DNA of 63,813 nucleotides, counting the filler, from Reclinomonas americana ATCC 50394 (Eukaryota), in the NCBI GenBank assembly GCA_048213135.1. It is 7 parts of 7 records of this genome, joined end to end, with 100 filler letters (N's around TTAATTAATTAA, not from the genome) between each part and the next. Parts side by side here need not be neighbours in the genome. Positions count along the whole stretch, not along the records: positions 54,857 to 61,757 come from PS015629.1; positions 61,858 to 63,813 come from PS015632.1; 5 more parts are not named here. One strand, given 5' to 3'. Below the pieces are notes generated by a model. It was not told where the DNA came from. It saw nothing but the letters and a program-made list of their open reading frames with translations, and ran no database searches. Shown in pieces: positions 58,857 to 63,813 of this stretch. Position 1 is the stretch's first letter. Every line of letters begins with the position of its first letter. The position numbers and the translations under genes are program-made.

Positions 58857-61386
58857 GCGCATTCCTTGCCATGACAGTGTTGCGTTTGTTGCATTCGTGT
58901 TCGGAAAAATGTTGCAATGGGACAACTGATTCTCCCTCTCACTCTCTCTCTCTCTCTCTCAGTCGGGCAGTGCCGTCGCGCCAGGTTTGTGTCTCTCTCT
59001 GCCTCTCGCTGACTTCGTCTCGTTCGCTCGCTCGCTCACTCACTCATACGCTGTTGCTAGACTGGAAGTAGCGGTCAAGGTATGCGCTAGAGAACAGCAC
59101 CATCGCGGTTGCCTACTCTCATCCCTCTCTCTCTCTCTGCACCGCAGCGCGTGTCTCTCCACTTGGAGTTCGTATTTCTTTCCCTCCCTCCCTTGCATTC
59201 TGCAGAGCGAGTTGACTTTCGTGTGCAGGCATCACATGTCCAAGTTCTACGTCCAACGGTGCTTCATGCTCCCCGCCACCCGCCGATCTTGCTTCGCACT
59301 TACCGCCTCTGCAGTGTGCTCCGCGAGCTTCGCCTGCTGTCGCGCTTGTTCCACCCCAACGTTTCGCCCCCCATTCGTTGGCTTCCCCTCATCGTCGTCG
59401 TCTCTCACTCGCGATGCAGGTCATGCGACTGCTCGATGTCAAACCGCCGGGTCCCCGCTTCGAGGACTTCCACGAGGTCTACATTGTGACGGAGGTTGTC
59501 GACCGCGGCTCGTTGGAGGCGTTGCGTGTTGCATTGTTTTGCTTGCAGCGTAGCAGCTCGCAGCATGGCTCACGTCGCCACCACACAGTGCGATGGCTCC
59601 GCAGTTCCTCGGTTCGAATACCGACGTGAATCACGATGATGAGATCAACCGGCGTTTGATCATGTACGACATTGCAAAGGCGCTCAAGTACCTTGGCGAC
59701 TCGAAAATCTTGCACCGCGACCTGTTGCGTCTCGCGAGATCTTTGCAGTATTATGACGCAGGCGCTGATCCTTAGTGTGCTGCAGCGCGCCCAAGAACAT
59801 TCTCCTGTTCTCGCGAACAGACGGCAGGCTGGGAGCCAAGGTAAGTGTCGATGCGGCCACCACGGATGTGACGAAAGGGCGGCGGCTGACGTGCATGTCT
59901 GCCAGGTGTGCGACCTCGGCTTGTCGCGCATGATGCTCGAGTTCCCGGGAGAAGGCAACAAACACACGGAGCTGGTGCAGACCCTCACGTATCGTTGCGT
60001 TGGAGAGTGTGTGTGAGTGGAGGACCTCGTTGTTTGCGTGTGCAAGGGTAGTAGAAGAAGAGAGCAAGATGCACGGATCTCTGTTGCCTGTATTTTGTTA
60101 TCTGTTGTGATCAACCTCTCACCATCGCTCGTCCCAACAGGTGCTCCAGAAGTTCTCGTGCGCGCGCCATACGATTACCGAGATATGTGGGGAATTCACC
60201 TGTGTGTCAACTCTTCATTTAAATTAATTTTGCCTTGCTGACATTCGCTTCGTCCTCCCAGCACCCGACCTGTGGAGCTACGGTCTGTGAGTGTGCGCGC
60301 ACGTGTTGTCGATTGCTGCGCTCTGATTTCCTCCTTGACTCCACACAGGCTGCATTCTTGCCCGCATGTACAACTTCAGAAATCTTGTTGTGAGTCGAGA
60401 AATGTGGTGCCTGTCGTGCGCATCTAGTTTTTCACTGATTTTATCTGCCGCAGCGAAAGTCAGGCTGCGGTCCGTGCTGGCAGCGTCTTGAAAGGGAGAG
60501 TGATGGTTGCTTACCAGTGATTGTTTGTCGCGACTGCATGCGCAGATTACGAAGTGTACGAGGCGGTCTTTCATGGGCAGACAGGTCTGTCTCTCTGTTG
60601 CCTGCATCGATTCATGTACGCACTCACTGATTGAGTTGACCATGCGCAGAGACGGCGCAGTTGACTCAAATTATTCACGCGATCGGCTTGGATGAGCGGG
60701 TCAAGGCATGGGTTCTTGAGAACGGTCAGAGTCCCATGAAGGATTGGCTCAATCGCCAACCCGTCCGCGAGTCTCCTGGCTGGCGATCGGTGTTGCCTGA
60801 TGGACCGGATGACGGTAGGCGTTGCGCAGATGTGTGCACCACGCACACATGGATATATCGCTCACGCACGCGTTTCAATTTTTCGTTAACGTTGTCTCAC
60901 AGCGCTGGATCTCATCGACAGGATTTTGCAGGTACGCTCGTTGTTCAACGGGCAGTGACTTTCTCACACTGGTACACTCAACGGTGCACTGCAGTTCATC
61001 CCAAACGATCGGAATCGACGCCTGCAGAGAGCGGAAGACGAGGACAAACTGTTGGATGGAGTTCTGAGCCACCCATACTTTGATCCCATCCGCCAGTTTG
61101 TTGTTGACTCGCACGACGTTGCGTAGTTTATTGTTTCCGGGTGCGTGCATTAGTGGCGGAAGCTTCTCACGGTGTGACCTCGCAGGACGCTGTGCATTTG
61201 CCGGTCGGTCTCGACGAAGAATTCGCATTTGAAGATGTAATTCACGAGCTCAACGTCGACGATTTACGCGGTACGTGGTACGTGTGTCGGTGAAGATCGC
61301 CGTGACAACGTGATAATGACAACTGCGCAGTGGCCATGTGGGATACTGTTCGCAAGTTCCATCCGGAGCTGCCGGCAGCTCGTTAA
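58534..61386 (+). CDS. Divergent MAPK-like (CMGC) protein kinase with about 21 introns
   Basis: Spliced: LGGGAFG...VAVKR...RVLRELRLLSRLFHPNV...HRDLAPKNIL...CDLGLSR...TELVQTLTYRAPE...DLWSYGCIL...HPYF...FAFE...FHPE. Confidence 0.85.
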
Positions 61387-61553
61387 CAGCTGCCTCTCGA
61401 CTCTTCCTCATGCACATGCCCGCGCCACAATTGGTGGGCCTTCTTATGGCACCGCCCCGCGCAATGTCGGGCAGAATACAAAATTAAATCCTGTCAATTC
61501 TGTCGGATTTCATGCTTTCTCCAACGCCATTGGCGATTGATTTCCACACAACT

Positions 61554-61757
61554 ATGAGCGAGGACGACCACGGCAAGAAGATCTGCTGCTACTTTGTCCG
61601 CGGCAACTGCCGGCATGGCGACGCCTGCACGAACGCGCACACATACGAGAGCTGGAGGGCGGCGATTCCGTGGGGCGGTAAGGGCCGGTTTAAGGCCGCG
61701 GTGGCCGCGCAACGGGGGAACCTCGAGGACGCCGGTCTCGAGGGTTTTGCCGACATT
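61554..61757 (+). CDS. CCCH zinc-finger protein, 5' fragment
   Basis: ICCYFVRGNCRHGDACTNAH (C-x7/8-C-x5-C-x3-H); truncated by gap. Confidence 0.8.
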
Positions 61758-61857
61758 NNNNNNNNNNNNNNNNNNNNNNNNNNNNNNNNNNNNNNNNNNN
61801 NTTAATTAATTAANNNNNNNNNNNNNNNNNNNNNNNNNNNNNNNNNNNNNNNNNNNN

Positions 61858-62886
61858 TTGTGCCCGCTCTCCAGCGTGGCCACCACCTGCTGACGCACTT
61901 GCTCGTTGAGGGTGGTCAGTCGCTCCTGCACCACCTGCTCAATGTCCTCGGCCTCGACAGCCTCCAATCGCACCGTCTCCACCACGGCCTCGGGCGATGC
62001 AGCCACAATGAGGTCGCGCATTTGGTCGGCCACCTCACCGAACCGACTCGTCACCACCACAATCGGCGCCACCACGACTGCAGTAAAAAATCAGCGAGAC
62101 TTGGGGGGGATTGCAGGAAATGACCGCTTGCGTACCGCCTTGCTCCTCTGCCGCAGCATCGTCGCCAAGCAGCAGCACCTCGCGCACTTGAGCCACCGAG
62201 CCCGCATTGTCGAGTACGAGCACGCCACGCGAGGCTGCCAGCAGGCGCCTTGCTTCGCGTCGGGCAGGCGCTACATCGCCGTCGCCTTCCCCACCGACCA
62301 GTGAGCCGACGTGGCCCGCCATGCGCTGGCCCTCCACCGCGTCCAGTCGCATTTGTGCAGAGACAAAGGCGCGCAGGCATGCCTCCAGAGCGGCGAGTGG
62401 CTGTGTGTGGGAGAAGAGAAGGAAGAAGGGGAATGAGAGGATGCATGAAGTAGAGAAGAGGGAAAAGCTCCACGTGACGCACTGCGACGTGCTCTGCTGC
62501 ATTGGCATGGTGACCGCGCAGTTCCACAGACACCGCCGAGCCATTCCATTGTTGTTGCTGCAACTCGCGAACAATGAGCTCTGCGAGGAAGGACTTTCCG
62601 GAGCCACCTGCTCCAACGATGAAGATAACAGAGGGGCGGTCTGCAGCAGTCGCAGCGTGAGCTTGAGGAGCATGACTCAGCCTCTCTCTCTCACGCACGC
62701 GCACACACACACACCAGGTGCCTCGAGAATGCGCGTGGCGAGTGCATTAGCAGTGTGACGCCGACTGGGAAAGCGAAAGGTGTCGTCGGGGTGAATGGTG
62801 CATGCGATGAGCGGTGGAGCGGCCATGACTGCAAGAACTTCGGAAAAACACGCAATCAATGCGTGTTCGTCTCGTCCGTCCGTCAT
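61858..62886 (-). CDS. NB-ARC/STAND-class P-loop NTPase, partial, multi-exon
   Basis: Walker A IVGAGGSGKSFLA, VELRG, Walker B VLVLDNA, sensor-like IVVVTSR. Start uncertain; 3' end in gap. Confidence 0.75.
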
Positions 62887-63520
62887 GCTTGGTGAAGACG
62901 GCAAGCAGGTTTTCTCAAACTGCAGATGCGAACAACGGTATGGCTGCTTCATAAACCCCTGCATTGTGTGACGACGAGAATTTTGACTTCGACGTCGACT
63001 TCAGGGTTGCGATTACTGCTGCTGCAAGGCAACTAGCTAGGATTGTGCAACTGCAACACGGATCCGGAGGGCAGTCAACTTCTTCCGCATACCTCCCGCA
63101 GCGGTCTCGGCAAGCCTTTATAATTTTTGGTGCCAGTCGCGCGTTCGAATTCGAATTGCTTGCTCTGTGTTCATTCTTTTCCCAGCCTCTGCATGCGTAT
63201 GCCATGCATCACGCTGCAGCACATGAGTTCTATGGCTTTCTTTTTCGCAGTTGGCCATGGAGAGGCGCATGTGCCAGGATTTGCAATCCGGACACATTTG
63301 CGATATCGATCCCGCTGAGATGCAGCTGCTTTCCCCTGCCCATCTAAAATACACCAAGCTGCTGTCTCCATCAAAGCTGCATGCGCTGGCTGGCTGCAGT
63401 TTGCGATATCGAACGCCGCGGCAACCGGACAGTGTGCATTGCAGCGAGCAGTTTGTCCGTTCACACAATAACGCAGAGCACTTACACGGCGTGAGGCAGC
63501 CCACACAGGGGTGGGAGAGA

Positions 63521-63813
63521 ATGATGCGCTCATTATCATGCGCACTGCTCCTCGTTCTGCTCTTAATCGCATGCGCAACAGCAGGCGAGTAACACCAATC
63601 TCTCGCTCATCACTCATCACTTACTCTCTTCTCTCACTCATCACTCTCTGATACACAGACACCACTGTCACTGTCTCTGTGGTCTCCACGTCCACTGTCG
63701 GCGCTGCTATTGGACTCACCGCCAGCAACGGGCCACCTGCCGCACAAAGTGTCTTTGAAGTCAGTGATCTCTATGGGGGAGTTCTGCTGGAGCTCACTGG
63801 ACCGGGCGGAGCC
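63521..63813 (+). CDS. Probable secreted protein, 5' fragment
   Basis: Signal-peptide-like MMRSLSCALLLVLLLIACATA, followed by a short intron-like CT-rich stretch ending in CAG. Confidence 0.45.

Noticed and set aside
295..61386. Alternative genetic code
   Set aside because: TAA, TAG and TGA all end genes at expected positions, and no in-frame stops remain once introns are removed.

Overview
Gene-dense, intron-rich eukaryotic DNA read with the standard genetic code, most likely from a flagellated protist (it has CEP70-like and PTPDC1-like genes). It is a gappy draft assembly: contigs are joined by N-runs and artificial N-TTAATTAATTAA-N linkers, and two genes have gap-bounded middle segments in the wrong orientation. 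Recognisable genes: YKT6 (3' part), mevalonate kinase (exon 1), an SDR ending in AKL, a NATD1-like GNAT, eIF2-gamma, CEP70-like, a COG0523/CobW GTPase, a PH-GST fusion, PTPDC1-like, a C2-domain protein, an MRH-like secreted protein, phosphoketolase next to acetate kinase, a divergent MAPK-like kinase, a CCCH zinc finger and an NB-ARC/STAND NTPase. Main observations: (1) a second, abundant class of 5' splice site, GTTGCGT, which is the usual GTGCGT shifted by one base and occurs only where the exon does not end in G; (2) a 1-nt microexon needed to build the kinase Gly-loop; (3) a nine-member, mostly intronless WD40 family with variable blade positions and a conserved, unrecognised C-terminal F-box-like tail. 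All exon models were built by hand from reading frame and remembered family motifs; no database search was run.
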